From an archaeon (GTDB taxonomy: Archaea > Nanobdellota > Nanobdellia > SCGC-AAA011-G17 > VGLX01): a DNA stretch of 47,035 nucleotides. The position numbers and the translations under genes were made by a program. Below the pieces are notes generated by a model. It was given only the letters and a program-made list of their open reading frames with translations, had not been told where the DNA came from and did no database searches. Positions within the stretch are counted from its first letter, which is position 1; each line of letters starts with the position of its first letter. This document shows, piece after piece, positions 46,013-47,035 of this stretch. Where the stretch lies: NCBI GenBank assembly GCA_043810595.1, contig JBDRNX010000022.1:1-47035 (forward strand). Reading direction: 5' to 3'.

Positions 46013-46601
46013 CAGCCTGCTTCCTATTAACAACCAAGGGATTGACATCAAGCTCCAAGATTTCTGGATATTTCTTCGGAAGCCTTGAGACCTTCAACAA
46101 CAAACCCTTAACAGCATTCAAATTATACTTGCGACCACGAGCACCAGAAAGAACCTTAAAAGCCTTTGTTTCTTCTAACATGGAATTAACATCCTTCAGA
46201 GAAACAGGACAAACACGAAAAGAAACATCCTTAAGAACTTCTGTGTAAATACCGCCTGTGCCAAAGGCAAGAACGTGACCAAAACTAGGATCCTTCTTCA
46301 AACCAACCAAAAACCACTCACCCTGAATAAACTTCTGTATTAAGTAACCTTCCCCCCTTATGTGCTTCATAGCCCTGTAAGCCTGCTTCAACTCCTTCTC
46401 GCTTCGAATATCAACCCTGACAGCACCCTTCTCAGTCTTGTGAATTATCTTAGAAGAGAGAACCTTCAAGACCACCGGGAAACCAATCTTTTTAGCTTTG
46501 GAAATAATCTCCCTTTCATTCTTTGCGACAGCACGAGGGGTAACGTTAAGCCTGTTCCTAGCAAGAAAATCCTCAGCCTCCTTTTCCAACAAAACACGCA
46601 T
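45981..46601 (-). CDS. acdB: ADP-forming acetate/acyl-CoA synthetase beta subunit (ATP-grasp)
   Basis: IGFPVVLKV.S..IIHKTEKGAV, DPSFG...FGTGGIYTEVLKDVSFR, ELDVNPL...VDAR. Confidence 0.88.
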   Translation of the reverse strand: MRVLLEKEAEDFLARNRLNVTPRAVAKNEREIISKAKKIGFPVVLKVLSSKIIHKTEKGAVRVDIRSEKELKQAYRAMKHIRGEGYLIQKFIQGEWFLVGLKKDPSFGHVLAFGTGGIYTEVLKDVSFRVCPVSLKDVNSMLEETKAFKVLSGARGRKYNLNAVKGLLLKVSRLPKKYPEILELDVNPLVVNRKQAVIVDARVVLE

Positions 46602-46652
46602 AGAATAAACATAACAAGGAAAGTTTATAAATTTTGTTGGTAGGAAAAGATT

Positions 46653-47035
46653 ATGGACTTGGTAGAAAAAGCAAACAAAGTTTTCATGGAGAACTTTAAG
46701 CCAGAGACTTGGTTTGAAAGGGCAATATTCCTATCATGGTACTGCAGCAAGGGAGACTGCAAATTCTGCTACATGAGCATACAAAAACCGAGAATAAAAA
46801 ACCCTAAGCTGGCAAGGAGGAGGATAGAAGGCATAATCAGAGAAGCAGAAATATGCAAGAGACAAGGATGGAAAATCGAGTTTTTATCAGGAGGATATGA
46901 GAGCTATACAATTGAAGAGCTGGTAGGGATCACAAAAAAAATTTATGAAGTCACGGGACAGAAACAATGGCTCAACATAGGCGTTTTGAAAAAAGAAGAG
47001 ATGAAAAAATTCAAAGCTTACATTGAAGGAGTTGT
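46653..47035 (+). CDS. radical SAM protein, HcgA/HmdB-like (3' truncated)
   Basis: ATG at 46653, open to the window end: FERAIFLSWYCSKGDCKFCYMS...ARRRIE...GWKIEFLSGGY; CX4CX2C cluster motif. Confidence 0.8.
   Translation, partial: MDLVEKANKVFMENFKPETWFERAIFLSWYCSKGDCKFCYMSIQKPRIKNPKLARRRIEGIIREAEICKRQGWKIEFLSGGYESYTIEELVGITKKIYEVTGQKQWLNIGVLKKEEMKKFKAYIEGV

Overview
Gene-dense archaeal chromosome segment, most likely DPANN (Woesearchaeota/Nanoarchaeota-like). The evidence is a fused PriS-PriL primase, an archaeal histone, uS14 with an N-terminal extension, Lys/Glu-rich ribosomal protein tails and 'KKGQ' class III signal peptides. 3.4-18.3 kb is the S10-spc ribosomal protein superoperon (uL3 to secY, DUF106, eL34, eL14), without adk or cmk and with prefoldin alpha appended. 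Next come the primase, a solo Cas4-like nuclease, an atypical kinase, large surface proteins, NreA and DUF2207. A triose/hexose-phosphate cluster follows (tpiA, GAPOR, FBP aldolase/phosphatase, PGI/PMI, ROK kinase), then a small accessory islet (membrane micro-proteins, a half-VKOR-like protein, a frameshifted NDT-like gene, a minimal nucleotidyltransferase, a 3-TM protein), eL15, an Ig-like surface protein, a DHH phosphoesterase, the ACD beta subunit and a partial HcgA-like radical SAM gene. No rRNA, tRNA, CRISPR array or transposase was seen. The best unexplained signals are: (1) a candidate ~133-nt minus-strand sRNA at 28354-28486 with its own TATA box, a G-U-containing terminal hairpin and three anti-Shine-Dalgarno (ACCUC) motifs; (2) a multi-hairpin leader upstream of rpl3; (3) an NTase + NDT-like + 3-TM trio resembling nucleotide-signalling conflict systems; (4) a possible -1 frameshift site at 25367-25415; (5) strong strand-specific codon usage. 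All family calls are by eye from motifs, with no database search.
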